From an uncultured Phycisphaerales bacterium (GTDB taxonomy: Bacteria > Planctomycetota > Phycisphaerae > Tepidisphaerales > Tepidisphaeraceae), in NCBI GenBank assembly GCA_963788015.1, contig CAWBEY010000001.1, positions 128,359 to 192,358 of the forward strand: 64,000 nt of DNA. Reading direction: 5' to 3'. The translations under genes were made by a program, and so were the position numbers. Shown here piece after piece: positions 19,933 through 31,259 of this stretch. The notes below the pieces were generated by a model. It was not told the DNA's origin. It ran no database searches and was given only the letters and a program-made list of their open reading frames with translations. Numbering within the stretch: position 1 is the stretch's first letter; each line of letters opens with the position of its first letter.

Positions 19933-21990
19933 TCACTTTACCTGATCCCTCTTAATCCCCCGCACATCCCCCGCCCGCACCGTCACCTTCGCCCCCGTCT
20001 CCACCTCCTCGGCCACCACCGCCGCCTCCTGAATCTCCAGCGACTTCGCATGAATCACCGATCCGTCCGCCGACCGCACTTCATACGCCCCCGCCACCTC
20101 CTTCACATCGCGCAGCACAATGGCCACCACCTGCGCGTTAATGTCGAACGTCTTGGCCCCAAATAAAACCGACGTCACCTTCACCCGCCCATTGGCGATC
20201 TCGCGAATCTCTCCCTCAAAAAAGTCACCGCTCACCAGCAGCACTCCGGTCCGCGCACCGATCCCCGCTCCCACTTCCTCCGTCACCGGCCGAAACAAAA
20301 GCCGCGCCACCTTGTCCTGCCCCAGCAGGATCTCCTTGTCCCGCGCCACGTGAATCGTCGCCCCTTCCATCCCGCCGATCTGCCCGGCAATCACCGATCC
20401 ATCCGTCAACATCACCCCCCGCGCCGCCGACTGCAGCGCCGCCTGGCCAATGCTCAGACTCAATTGATCTAGCGTCATCGTTCCCGGCCCTTCTCCCTCG
20501 CCGCTGGCCAGTGCGACTCCCACAAACGTGGTGTTCAGGAAGCCGACTGTTTCCGCCCCGGCCGAGGTCCATTTCTTCCCGTCCTCCGAATACATCCCCC
20601 GCACTTTGCTCCCTTCCCGCTCCATCTTCAACCAAGCCGGCGACTTCCCCGGCGTCTCGGAATAAACCGCGCCGCCATCCCCCCGGCCAAGGAAAACCAC
20701 CCCCGTCCTGGGCGATACCCCAATCATCAAAAATCGGGCACTGGGCGAAAGCGTGTCGCGAATCATCAACCCCCCGGCCAGCACCGTCTTGTCCTTCGAC
20801 TGCTCCACCGCCCCCACATGCGCCACCAGATGCCAATCTCCGTCGATCCGCTGAAACGCAAACGGAAACGTGTCATTGTCGCCCCACACGTTGCCCCCGT
20901 TGGACGTCAGCGTAATCGCGCCATCCGATCCGCTCACGCTCCCTTTTTTAGAATCCCCGATCACACTCGTCACCCATCCCGGCGGCAGCTTGCCGGCCGC
21001 GTTTCCAAAAATCCTCACCGCCACCGGCTCCGTGCTCGTTACCACCCCCGCCGCGTTGGCGGCCCGGGCAACTACAAGATATTCCCCCGCCGTCGGACCT
21101 TTCCAAATCACACGAAACGGCCGGGCCGTCGCCATGCCGATCAGCGTTTTCCCCGCGTAATACTCCACGCGGTTGGCCGAAAACGGCGGCTCCCCCACCA
21201 CCGCCTCCAGCGCAATACTCTCGGGGCTGACCAGCTCCTGATGATTCTCCAACCCCACCAGCGCAATCCGCGGCGCGGCATCCCCGGCCGGCGGATAAAG
21301 CCTGCTGGCAGGCACCACCTCGCGCTTCTGGCTCTTGCTCTCCCACTCCAGCCGCGCCGTCGCCATGCTCATCAAATCGTGATACTCCATCCGCACGTCA
21401 TAGCGCTGCCCGGCCTTTAGCTCCATCGTCCCCTTCTGAAAAAAAGGCGCAGTGTCCTGCCACCGGTCAATCAACTGCTTGCCTCCCACCCACAGCCGCA
21501 AACCGTCGTCGCACGTGGTGTGAAACGTGTAGGCCTCCGAATAGCGCGGCTCGACCTGCCCCGTCCACCGCGCCGAAAAATCATCCGGCACGGCCGGATC
21601 CGGCGATCCCAGCCCCCACTGAAAATCAACCCCACCGTCGTACCGCATCACGAGCGCCTTCTTCACGTCCTTGAATTCCTTGTCCGCGAAATACTCACCT
21701 TTCAGCCCGTGGGCGAAATTGGGGCGCTCTTTTCGAACCGGCGTCGCATTGGCCGCGTCACTCGAAGCGGCCGGGACGAGCGTCAACTCCGCCACCTTCT
21801 CCAAATCCACGGCCGCCCAAGTTCCACCCGTGGGCTCGATGCTGATCTTGCCAGGCTCGAATCGCACGATCCCCCGCACGGTCTTGCCGTCCGTCATCTT
21901 CAAAGCAACCAACGGCCTGTTGGTATCGCGTGCGGTCGCTTCCGCTGCGCAGGCTCGCCCGCACAAGCCGATCAAGGCAATCGCCCCCAT
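19933..21990 (-). CDS. secreted PA14-domain protein
   Basis: Signal peptide MGAIALIGLCGRACAAEA. PA14-like GLKGEYFADKEFKDV...FSARWTGQVEPRYSEAYTFHTTCDDGLRLWVGGKQLIDRW. The frame is intact over about 2 kb. Confidence 0.6.
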   Translation of the reverse strand: MGAIALIGLCGRACAAEATARDTNRPLVALKMTDGKTVRGIVRFEPGKISIEPTGGTWAAVDLEKVAELTLVPAASSDAANATPVRKERPNFAHGLKGEYFADKEFKDVKKALVMRYDGGVDFQWGLGSPDPAVPDDFSARWTGQVEPRYSEAYTFHTTCDDGLRLWVGGKQLIDRWQDTAPFFQKGTMELKAGQRYDVRMEYHDLMSMATARLEWESKSQKREVVPASRLYPPAGDAAPRIALVGLENHQELVSPESIALEAVVGEPPFSANRVEYYAGKTLIGMATARPFRVIWKGPTAGEYLVVARAANAAGVVTSTEPVAVRIFGNAAGKLPPGWVTSVIGDSKKGSVSGSDGAITLTSNGGNVWGDNDTFPFAFQRIDGDWHLVAHVGAVEQSKDKTVLAGGLMIRDTLSPSARFLMIGVSPRTGVVFLGRGDGGAVYSETPGKSPAWLKMEREGSKVRGMYSEDGKKWTSAGAETVGFLNTTFVGVALASGEGEGPGTMTLDQLSLSIGQAALQSAARGVMLTDGSVIAGQIGGMEGATIHVARDKEILLGQDKVARLLFRPVTEEVGAGIGARTGVLLVSGDFFEGEIREIANGRVKVTSVLFGAKTFDINAQVVAIVLRDVKEVAGAYEVRSADGSVIHAKSLEIQEAAVVAEEVETGAKVTVRAGDVRGIKRDQVK

Positions 21991-22039
21991 GAGAAGTTGT
22001 GCAGGTCGAGACAGTATCAACTTTCGCCTTCGCGGCGCT

Positions 22040-23170
22040 TTAGAGCGCGGCCGTGTAAATCTCCAGCAAATCTGCTTGCCCCACCGGCCTGGGATTAAAC
22101 CCGGCAGTCCACTGCGTCGCCGCCATCGCCGCCAATTCCGCAAGGTTCTCCGCCTTCACGCCCAGCTCCCGCAGGCGGCCAGGAAGCCGCCCCGCCGCCA
22201 GCATCGCCTCCACCTTCGCCGCCAAATCCTCAGCTTTGGGCATCAGGTCGCTGTACGGATTCCCATTCACACTCGCATTAAACCGAATCACGTGCGGCAG
22301 CATCAGCCCCACCGCCAGCCCATGCACCAGGCCAAACTTCGCCGTCAGCGGATTGGCGCACGCGTGGGCCGCCCCCAGCATGGAGTTCTCGATCGCCGCC
22401 CCGGCAAAATGCGCCCCCACCAGCATATTCCGCCGCGTATTGTCATCCGCATGCGCCGTCACCGCCAGCTCATAAGCACTTGAAAGCAGTTCCCAAGCCT
22501 GCCGCGAAAACCCGCGTGACACCTCGTTCCGGCGCGTACTCCCGGCCGTTTCCACCGCATGCGCCACCGCATCAATCCCCGTCGCCGCCATCACCTTCTG
22601 CGGCTGCGTCGCCGTCAGATCCGGATCCAAAACCGCCAGCCGCGGCAGCGCCTTCGAATCTCCGCACGCCATCTTCTGATGCGTCTCCGGATCGGAAATC
22701 AGCGCAAACGATTGCGCCTCACTTCCCGTCCCCGTCGTAGTCGGAATCGCGATCAGCGGCAGCATCGGCTTGGTAGCCTTGGCGATCCCCTGATAGTCCT
22801 GCATGCGCCCGCCATTGGTCAGCAGAAAGTTAATCCCCTTGGCGCAGTCCATCGAGCTGCCACCGCCCAGCCCAATGATAAAGTCAGGATTGAATGGCCG
22901 CGTTGCAATCACACCCCGCCCCACGTGAATCGTCGTCGGGTTCTCCTCCACCTTATCAAACAGCTGCGCCACCAGCCCGGCCTTGTAGATCGACCGCATC
23001 GCCCGCTCCACATGCCCGGCCTCCACAATGCCCGGATCCGAAACCAGCAGAATGCGCGAAGCGCCCTCCCCCTTGGCAATTGCCCCAATATTCGCAAGTG
23101 CCCCCGGAGCAAACACCACGCGAACACGCGAGCCGGGAAGGGAAGTTGGGGTTAGGGAGGGCAGCAGCAT
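22040..23170 (-). CDS. iron-containing (group III) alcohol dehydrogenase
   Basis: GLGGGSSMDCAKG motif. Fe-ADH-like similarity runs through the whole protein. Confidence 0.8.
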   Translation of the reverse strand: MLLPSLTPTSLPGSRVRVVFAPGALANIGAIAKGEGASRILLVSDPGIVEAGHVERAMRSIYKAGLVAQLFDKVEENPTTIHVGRGVIATRPFNPDFIIGLGGGSSMDCAKGINFLLTNGGRMQDYQGIAKATKPMLPLIAIPTTTGTGSEAQSFALISDPETHQKMACGDSKALPRLAVLDPDLTATQPQKVMAATGIDAVAHAVETAGSTRRNEVSRGFSRQAWELLSSAYELAVTAHADDNTRRNMLVGAHFAGAAIENSMLGAAHACANPLTAKFGLVHGLAVGLMLPHVIRFNASVNGNPYSDLMPKAEDLAAKVEAMLAAGRLPGRLRELGVKAENLAELAAMAATQWTAGFNPRPVGQADLLEIYTAAL

Positions 23171-23178
23171 GTAGTCGA

Positions 23179-23571
23179 CTACCAGACAATTGGAACGCCC
23201 GCACAGCGGATGATCGTTCGATCGCGCGTGATCAACCCCGCTCCTAATCGACGTGCAACCCCGGCGATGATGCGATCATGCATCTCACGCACCGCAATGT
23301 CGACGTCGAAGTCGAGCGTGTCGAACGCTTCAAAAGAAAGAAGCACATATTGGGAACCAGCATCCAATTGCCGCACAACTCCACCAAAATTAAGCAGCTG
23401 ATTGTACTTGGCGATTACATGATATAATTCGGCAATAACGATACTCGGCACATAAATCGTCGCCAAACCACCAACGCCCTCCTCGAATGCGCGCATGGCG
23501 TCGGTTCCGAGTTGGACGGATTTGGTCAGATACCAGAATAAAGCGTGGGTGTCGGCCACGTACCTAGTCAT
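23179..23571 (-). CDS. vapC: type II toxin VapC (PIN domain)
   Basis: MTRYVADTHALFWYL...ELYHV...GAGLITRD carries PIN acidic residues in the expected positions. Its start overlaps the upstream antitoxin stop by 4 nt. Confidence 0.65.
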   Translation of the reverse strand: MTRYVADTHALFWYLTKSVQLGTDAMRAFEEGVGGLATIYVPSIVIAELYHVIAKYNQLLNFGGVVRQLDAGSQYVLLSFEAFDTLDFDVDIAVREMHDRIIAGVARRLGAGLITRDRTIIRCAGVPIVW

Positions 23572-23837
23572 TCCGGGTTCTCCTTTGGAACCTCGTCAAG
23601 CTCGTCAAGTTCCTCCAGCCATTCCGATCGAATCTCATGTATAATGGCCTCCAAATCGACATTTTCCGGAAATTTTCCCTTGTAGATATCACGCAAGTCC
23701 ACGAGCTCCTTCTCCTCTGGGGGTAGCGGTGGCGCCATTCCGTTTCGCACGTTCAGGTGCTCTATGAGCCTGCGCTGATCTTCAACACTCAGTTGGGTGG
23801 CGAGGTGTTCTATTTCATCCAAGGTGTTTCGAGTCAT
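23568..23837 (-). CDS. putative antitoxin (addiction-module component)
   Basis: MTRNTLDEIEHLATQLSVEDQRRLIEHL... A small acidic protein directly upstream of vapC. Confidence 0.45.
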   Translation of the reverse strand: MTRNTLDEIEHLATQLSVEDQRRLIEHLNVRNGMAPPLPPEEKELVDLRDIYKGKFPENVDLEAIIHEIRSEWLEELDELDEVPKENPE

Positions 23838-23898
23838 TTTGCTGCTCCTGCTCCAACAACGAGGAAGAAGACGCCTCCGACTAAGCTTCAAGCAAGCC

Positions 23899-25319
23899 CT
23901 AACTCACCATCTCCGCCTGAAACGCCCGCTGCCGGTAAAGATGCTCAAACAAATTCCCTTCATGCGGCTGGTCCCAGCTCAATCGAAACGTCGGAATCGC
24001 CCCAAGATTCAGCCGGTCAATCTCCGGGCAAGCCATCAGCGCACGCTGGAAATTCTTGTCCGCAGTGATGGCCGATGCCACAAGCGTCGGCCCGATGTTC
24101 GCCGGCATCTCCTTCGTCGGACACTCGACCACCGCCGCATAAGGAAACAAAAACTCCTTCGTCGCCAGCGGATGGTCACGCTCCGAACACCACATGATCG
24201 TCGGCAGCAGGTAAGCACACCGCCCGTTCTTCACCAGCCGCGGCGTCCCGCGGTGCTTCAGCGTCAGTTCTTCCGCCCCCGGCAGCAGCCCATCAATCAT
24301 CGCCGAAATGCCGCTCCGCCATCCCCGCGTTGGCAAACGCCGCGATCTGCGCATCGGGATGATCCGCCGGCAGCGCCTGCACCTTCGCCAGACGCTGCGC
24401 CAGCGCATCGGCGATCTTCTCGCCGTTTTTTGGCGTCCACACCGATGACGCGTTGATGCACGACCGCCCGCCATTAGCCGCAATCGAGCCCACGATAATG
24501 TCCAGATGCTTCTCCCAATTCTCAGCCGCATCATCGCCCAAGAATCACCTTGCTATACCCCGGCCCGTGCAGTTCCACACGCGGATCGTTGCGATACGTG
24601 CGGGTGGTCGAAGCATCGCCAAACAGCATCGCCCGATCCACGCTCTGCAGCAGCGTCGCCGCCCCGCCATGGTCTGTCGGATAAAAGCCAAACGCCTCCC
24701 GCGGAATGCCCGCCGCCGCAAGCGCCTCAATCACCCGCAGCGGCGTCCACGGCTCTTCCCGACCCGGCTTCAGCGCGATCGGCGTTTTGAGCGCCGATGG
24801 CCGGAATCCAGAGCGAATGCACCCCCGGCGAATTGCTCGGAAGCACCGCCCCAAAAATCCGCGCCTCCCGAAACCACGACAGCGTCCGCCCATCGTCATC
24901 CCCATACCCCTGGTCCAGAATCGACAAGATCAAACCCCCGCGTCAGCCCGGCCACGATCAGGTTCATCTCGTCCATCACCCGATGAATCTTCTGCGCGTT
25001 CAGCCGGCAAAGCGCCTGCGGCATCCCCGTCGTCGCCGATAACTGCCGCACATAATCATCAAACGTCTGCGTCGTCTCCCCCAGCGGCAGTGTCGGCCGT
25101 CATAAAATTACCGGCCGCCTTCTTGCAGATCGCCAGCAACTCTTTCATGCTGAACTGCTCCAGGATGCCATGATCCATCCGCCCAATATCCCGGCTGATC
25201 AGCCCAGCATTCGCCTGCGCAACCTTCGCCACCACCTCCCCCGTCGCATGATGAAGAATCTCGATGCTGTCCACCGACTGATAAGGTGTGCCGTGCCGAA
25301 GAATAGGGATGTTGATCAT
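23899..25319 (-). CDS. aldehyde dehydrogenase superfamily protein (possibly acyl-CoA reductase-like), broken by several frameshifts
   Basis: ALDH-like pieces spread over ORFs 25059-25319, 24727-24933, 24531-24905, 24293-24541 and 23899-24534. Examples: MINIPILRHGTPY..., ...YPTDHGGAATL..., ...VGSIAANGGRSCINASSVWTP.... Confidence 0.5.
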
Positions 25320-25718
25320 GTTAAAGCCTTGAAAGAAAGTCTTGGACGAACCATCGAAATCGTAGGCGATGGTCCGGCCTATTCAAATACCACCCTCGCA
25401 TGCCGAAAGCTGGTCGTGACACGATATTCAATATCAACGAGCCAAGGGGGCACCTGCATTGAATAATACGTTTTGAAAGGATGTTGAAAAATGGGGCCGT
25501 TGATCAAGAGGTATTCATGACGGATTTGCTATTGAAAAAGCCTGTTCGAATTAGCTCCTCATTCTCGGAGAGGTTGCACTATTCGATGGTCCGGCGGACA
25601 ACATTTCTTGCGTAACAGGTGGTTTTGCTGGTTTCATGGCTCACGCCTTAACGCCTCATTAATATTCGCCGGTACAATCCGCTCCCCCGAGAGGCTTCCC
25701 GTGGAAGGCATCAAAACC

Positions 25719-27862
25719 ATGAACCCTATCGCTGAAACCCTCCCCCACCTGGTTCCCAGCCTGCTGCCCCCGGCCGCGGCTGCGCCTCCGACTGATTTCC
25801 TTAGCCGCGACCTCAGTTGGCTTGAATTTAACCGCCGCGTGCTCTGCCAGGCGATTGACGAACGCACCCCCCTCCTCGAACGCCTGCGCTTCCTGGGCAT
25901 CTTTACCAACAACCTCGACGAATTCTTTATGAAACGCATCGGCGCGCTTAAGCGACAGATGGCCTCTGGGGCGGCCTCTCTCACTCCCGATGGCCGAACG
26001 CCTGCGCAGGTTCTTTCCGCCATCCGCGAAGCTGTTGTTCCACTGATCCGTGAGCAGGGCGCCTGCTTCAAACACCTCCGCCCCAGCTTGCCCAGAACAA
26101 TGTTCATCTTCTGGAATGGGAGGAGCTCAGCGACGAGGAGCGCGAGGCCGCGCATCGCTTCTTTCAAAAGAACGTCTTCCCCGTCCTCACGCCCCTGGCC
26201 GTCGATCCGGGCAGCCCGTTTCCCTTTATCTCCAATCTTTCGGCCTCCCTGGGCATTATCCTCGTTCATCCTGACCGCAACGAAAATCTCTTCGCTCGCG
26301 TCAAGGTTCCCGAGGTGCTCCCCAAGTGGGTGCAGATCGGCAACAACCCGGGCGAATACCGCTTTGTCAGCCTGCACGAGATGATCCGCCACAACCTCTC
26401 CGATCTCTTCCCCGATCTGGCCATCGTCGACATCATGCTTTTTCGCGTCACCCGCAACGCCGACATCGAGCGCGACGAGGAAGACGCCGAAGATCTCCGC
26501 CAGCTGATGGAAGAAGAGCTGCGCCAGCGCCGCTTTGCCAACGTGGTCCGCCTGGAGCACGGCCCGGACCCCAACGCGTGGATCCTCGAGTTCCTCACCA
26601 CCGAGCTCGATCTTCTTCCGGGCGACGTCTACGAAATGCCCGCCGAGCTGGATTATGACGATCTGCGCGCCGTCATGGACCTTCCCATTCCCGGGCTGCG
26701 CTACGACACCTGGACCCCAACCGTTCCGCCCGCCCTCACTGATGAAGAGACCGACATTTTTGCCGTCATCCGCAACGGTGATCTCCTGCTCCACCACCCC
26801 TACGAAAGCTTCACCGCCAGCGTGGAGCGGTTCATCAAATCGGCCGCCGCCGATCCCAAGGTGCTGGCCATCAAGATGAGCCTCTACCGCACCGGCGATG
26901 ACAGCCCTTTCATCAAAACCCTCATCCGCGCGGCCGAATCCGGCAAGCAGGTCGTTTGCCTCGTCGAGCTTAAGGCCCGCTTTGACGAGCAGCGCAACAT
27001 CCTTCTGGCCAGCGCCCTTGAAAAAGCCGGCGTCCATGTCGTCTACGGCGTCGTGGGCCTTAAGACCCACTGCAAGGCCGCTCTGGTTGTTCGTGATGAA
27101 GCCGACGGCATCCGCTGCTACGCCCACATCGGCACTGGCAATTACAACTCCTCCACCGCCAAGCTGTACACCGATCTTGGCCTTTTCACCTGCGACGCCG
27201 ATATCACACGCGACGTGGTCGAGCTTTTCCACTACCTCACCGGCCGATCCCTCAAGCGCCACTACCGCAAGCTGCTGGTCGCTCCGGCCAACATGCGCGA
27301 CCGCTTTCTGGAGCTCATTAACCGCGAGGCTGAACACGCCCGCGCCGGCCGGCCCGCCGCCATCATCGGCAAGATGAACAGCCTGGAAGAACGCAAGGTT
27401 TGCGCCGCCCTCTACGCCGCGTCCCATGCCGGCGTGAACATTAACCTCCTGGTCCGCGGCTTCTGCACCCTCAGGCCTGAAACCCCCGGCCTCTCCGACC
27501 GCATCCACGTCATGTCCGTCATCGGCCGCTTCCTTGAACATTCCCGCATCTTCTATTTTCGCAATGGAGCCGCCGATCCGGTCGATGGCGAGTTTTACAT
27601 CGGCTCTGCCGACTGGATGTACCGCAACCTCCAGGCGCGGGTGGAGGCAGTCGTCCCCATCGAGCGCCGCAGCGCGCGCGAGCGCCTCTGGTTCATCCTG
27701 CAAACGATGCTTAACGATGGCCGGCAGGCTTGGGACATGCACGCCGACGGCAGTTATGTCCAGCGCCGAATCGACGGCGACATCGGCACCCACCAAACGC
27801 TCATGAACCTCGCCCGCCAGGAAGCGGTGATCACCCCCGAAGACCAAACCGTCCTCTCCTGA
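25719..27862 (+). CDS. ppk: polyphosphate kinase 1, frameshifts in the region 26070-26320
   Basis: MNPIAETLP...LSRDLSWLEFNRRVLCQAIDERTPLLERLRFLGIFTNNLDEFFMKR... then ...RFLEHSRIFYFRNG... Confidence 0.9.
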
Positions 27863-28031
27863 AAGCTCGCCCCGCCCCCTCTCCACTTACTCTCCTTCCC
27901 CCTCTTACCCCCTCTCCTGGTACACCGGGAGAGGGCTGGGGTGAGGGCTCAACTCACAACGCGCCGAGCGATGAAATCCACCAACCATCCCTCCTTCCCA
28001 TCCCCCACGCCCGCCCGTATGTTCCCCCACT

Positions 28032-29018
28032 TTGCCCATGCTCCTCGACATCCTTAACATCCTCGCCCCAATTCTCCTCATGATCGCCTTGGGTGCTCTG
28101 CTCCGCTGGAAGTTCCGCATAGACCTTGCCACCCTCAGCAAACTCAACATCTACCTCTTTGTCCCCGGCTTCGTCTTTCACAATGTCTCCACCAGCACCC
28201 TGGGCTGGTCCACCATGGGCGGCATCGTCGCCATGACCATCCTGCAGGTTCTCACCCTGGGCCTATTCGTCTGGGGCATCGGCAAGGCCCTGCGGGTCCA
28301 CCACAAAACCCTCGCCGCCATCGCACTGGCCGTCATGTTCTACAACAGCGGGAACTACGGCCTGCCGTTGGCCGACCTGGCCTTCCAATCGCGCGGGGCG
28401 GCCGTTCAGGCTTTTGTCATGATGACGCAAAACGTCCTCACCTTCACCATCGGCCTGTCCATCGCCGCCTGGGCCGGCAGCGGCAGCCTCACCAAAGGTC
28501 TCATCACGCTCCTTCGCCTTCCGATCCTGCCCACCTTGGCCTCGGCGCTCGTTGGCAAGTGGTGGATTCACCGCGGCGGCGGGTTTCATCCCCTGCCTGC
28601 CTCCATCGCGCAGACCGCGCAATACATCTCCAATGGCATGGTTCCCATCGCCCTGGCCACCGTCGGCGCACAGCTAGCCAGCAACCCGCGCTGGCCGCGC
28701 TGGCGGCCTGTTTCGCTGGTGCTGGTCCTCCGCCTTCTTCTGGGCCCCCTTCAAATGGGCGCTCTGCTCTGGCTCCTTCACGAGTTGGCGATCTGGTTCC
28801 CCCACACCCCGGTCTTTGCCGCGATGGACCTCTGGCCCTGGCCCGCCCAACTCCTCATCCTCACCGCCTCCGTCCCGACCGCCGTCAACACCCTCCTGCT
28901 CACCATGGAACTCGACGGCGACGCCGACCTCGCCGCCGACTGCGTCTTCTGGACCACCATCGTCTCCTGCCTCACCATCCCCCTCTGGCTCATCCTCACC
29001 CGCCACGGCTTTTCCTGA
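28032..29018 (+). CDS. AEC (auxin efflux carrier) family transporter
   Basis: Polytopic membrane protein MPMLLDILNILAPILLMIALGALLRWKF... with AEC-like topology. The frame is intact. Confidence 0.7.
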   Translation: MPMLLDILNILAPILLMIALGALLRWKFRIDLATLSKLNIYLFVPGFVFHNVSTSTLGWSTMGGIVAMTILQVLTLGLFVWGIGKALRVHHKTLAAIALAVMFYNSGNYGLPLADLAFQSRGAAVQAFVMMTQNVLTFTIGLSIAAWAGSGSLTKGLITLLRLPILPTLASALVGKWWIHRGGGFHPLPASIAQTAQYISNGMVPIALATVGAQLASNPRWPRWRPVSLVLVLRLLLGPLQMGALLWLLHELAIWFPHTPVFAAMDLWPWPAQLLILTASVPTAVNTLLLTMELDGDADLAADCVFWTTIVSCLTIPLWLILTRHGFS

Positions 29019-29157
29019 AAGACAGTGTTCAATGTCCTCTCGCCGCTATTCTGCCCACCTATTGCACCCTTCTCCCCGGCCAGGACAAACCGGTGGCCGA
29101 AATGGCGGTGCAAAGTGGCGTAGCTGAGGCCGGCTGCGCTGGCGGAGTTGGAGCACT

Positions 29158-29727
29158 TCAGGAGTGGCTCAGCGCCTGCGCCACGCTCACGGCCGCATCA
29201 TGCTTCACCATGGGGTTGGAGAAGAGCGTAAATAGCTTGATCCACAGATACGCCCGCCGCCGGCGCAGCAGGTCGGCCACGAGAATGCCGCGTCTTGCCA
29301 GCCGATCCATGGTTTGCAGCACGGTCACGATTTTGTCCTCGTCGAGGTGGTGCAGGAACATGGCCGTTATTACGTAATCGAAGCTGGCAGGGGCGAACGG
29401 GAGATGGAACACATCGGCTTGGAGAACGGTGAGGGCGGGATCGTGCTTGCCTTCGGCGGCGAGATGCACCGTGACGGCGTGGCGGTCGATGGCGACGATG
29501 CGGACATCGAATCCCGCCCGGCGGCTCCAGCGCAGGATGGCGCGCGGGAATATCGGCCGAGCCGGTGGCCAGGTCAAGGATCCAGATGCGCTCGCCTTTT
29601 TCCACGACCGGCTGAAGCGGCGCAGGTGGTGCAGCGTAGAGCGGGTGTAGCCCAGCCACCGATTGATCCGGCGGATGAAGTTCAGGGACTGGCGCAGCGT
29701 GGCCGGATCCGCAGAAGGGGCATCCAT
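29158..29727 (-). CDS. class I SAM-dependent methyltransferase, two frameshifts in the region 29500-29650
   Basis: MDAPSADPATLRQSLNFIRRINRWLGYTRSTL.... Motif I (GERIWILDLATGSADIPAR) lies in an alternate frame. Motifs ...VRIVAIDRH...FDYVITAMFLHHL follow. Confidence 0.55.
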   Translation of the reverse strand: MDAPSADPATLRQSLNFIRRINRWLGYTRSTLHHLRRFSRSWKKASASGSLTWPPARPIFPRAILRWSRRAGFDVRIVAIDRHAVTVHLAAEGKHDPALTVLQADVFHLPFAPASFDYVITAMFLHHLDEDKIVTVLQTMDRLARRGILVADLLRRRRAYLWIKLFTLFSNPMVKHDAAVSVAQALSHS

Positions 29728-31099
29728 CAGTTCCGGCTCGCGCGGCGCTTGGCCAGGAAAGACAGGCCCATGATTGCTCCGTATCCGTGCAGTTACGCCT
29801 ATGCCTCGCCTGGCGCGGCTGCGACAGTTTTCTTCACCCGCCACATTAGCCATCTTCGCCGCACGCGTCTCCCCTGTCGATTCTCCTGAGGCCACCGGCA
29901 CCTCTTCGCGATCCGCCTCCACAAACGCCAGCAAGACCAGCCCGGCCACCAGCGCGGTCAAGATGGCCGTGTATCCAAACACTCCACTGAGGCTCCGCCG
30001 TGCGATGGGCCCGGCCACCAGGTTGCCGGCGATCCGCCCGCCCCCCACCACCGCCATCGTGTACATGCCCTGAATGGAATGCCGCCAGCGATCTCCCGCA
30101 TGTTTATTGACGAACACCGGCGGCGCCACCTGCAACACCAGCACCAGCGCCCCATGCACCACCTGTGTGCCTACCGCCACCGCGGCCACCGGCCAGAGGC
30201 GCCAGCATCGCCGCCCGCAGCGCGGAAATGGCCAGCCCACCCAAAAGAATCCATCGCAGACCGATGTGTCGCAGCAGGTAGCCGAAGGCCAGCATGAACA
30301 GGATCTCAAATACCGGCCCGACGTTGTTGATCGGGCCGATCCAGCGCGGATCCAGATACACGCGATCCGTGAGGTAGATCGAGTAAAACGTGTAATACGG
30401 CACACTGGCCATGTTCAGCAGGAAGAGCGCCACGCAGAACACCAGCAGAGGCGGCCGCAGCAGTGCCCGCGCGGCCTCCAGCGTCGGAAGGCGCACGCGA
30501 TCCGGCATCACCGAAATCGGGTCGCGCTTCATGTGCAGTCGGGGATCGGGCAACAGCAGGGCGTTGATCGCGCCCAATACTGAGAAGACCGCCGCCACGT
30601 TCCAGGAGACGCTCACCGAGACGCCGCGGCGCATCGCCAGGTAGACCGCGATGCTGGGCACGATGAAGCCAACGGTGCCCCAGACGCGCACGCGGTGATA
30701 CGCTTCTGCTGGCAATCCATTCAGACGGCGCTGTTCCTGGACGCTGAAGTTGATGCCGTCCTGCAAGGGGTTCAGCGAGACCGACATCATGTTGTAGAAC
30801 AGCCACAGCAGCAGGATCGGCCAGAAGGCGTGCAGTGCCGGCATGGCAACCAGGCCCACCGCACCCACCAGAAACATGCCCGCCATCAGCCGCCGCGCGT
30901 CCAGGTGCGTGTCGGCCAGCAGCGTGATCAACACCGGCGACAGCACGATAGCCACGCTGGATGCCGCCATGATGTACCCGATCAACGTCTCATTAAGATG
31001 CTGCTGCTTGAAGTAGACTGGCGCATAAGGCATCAGGCTGCCCATCACCGCAAACGTCAGGAAGTATTGCCAGCGAATGGCGCGCATCGGGCGCAGCAT
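29728..31099 (-). CDS. MFS transporter (frameshift near 30150; the 3' end is uncertain because there is no stop before the methyltransferase ORF in this frame)
   Basis: MLRPMRAIRWQYFLTFAVMGSLMPYAPVYFKQQHLNETLIGYIMAASS.... It continues in the 29158-30405 ORF frame (...GNLVAGPIARRSLSGVFGYTAILTALVAGLVL...). Confidence 0.55.
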
Positions 31100-31259
31100 A
31101 GTGATGCGGCGGCGTGCTCGCTACCCGCAAGTGAATTACTCGCGCTGATCTTTCCCGCGTGTTTCATTCCGCCGCTGGTATATAAAGACGGATTGCGTTT
31201 CTACTGGCACGTCCGCTTCGCGGCGATACCATCATTCAAACACTTACCGGAAGAAACCC

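Noticed and set aside
25634-27886. 750-aa ORF on the minus strand
   Set aside because: It is exactly antisense to ppk, which has clear homology on the plus strand. This is the long stop-free antisense frame typical of high-GC DNA. The same applies to 3216-4217(-), 4302-5252(-), 7773-9039(+), 8657-9661(+), 42679-43872(+) and 19085-19705(+).
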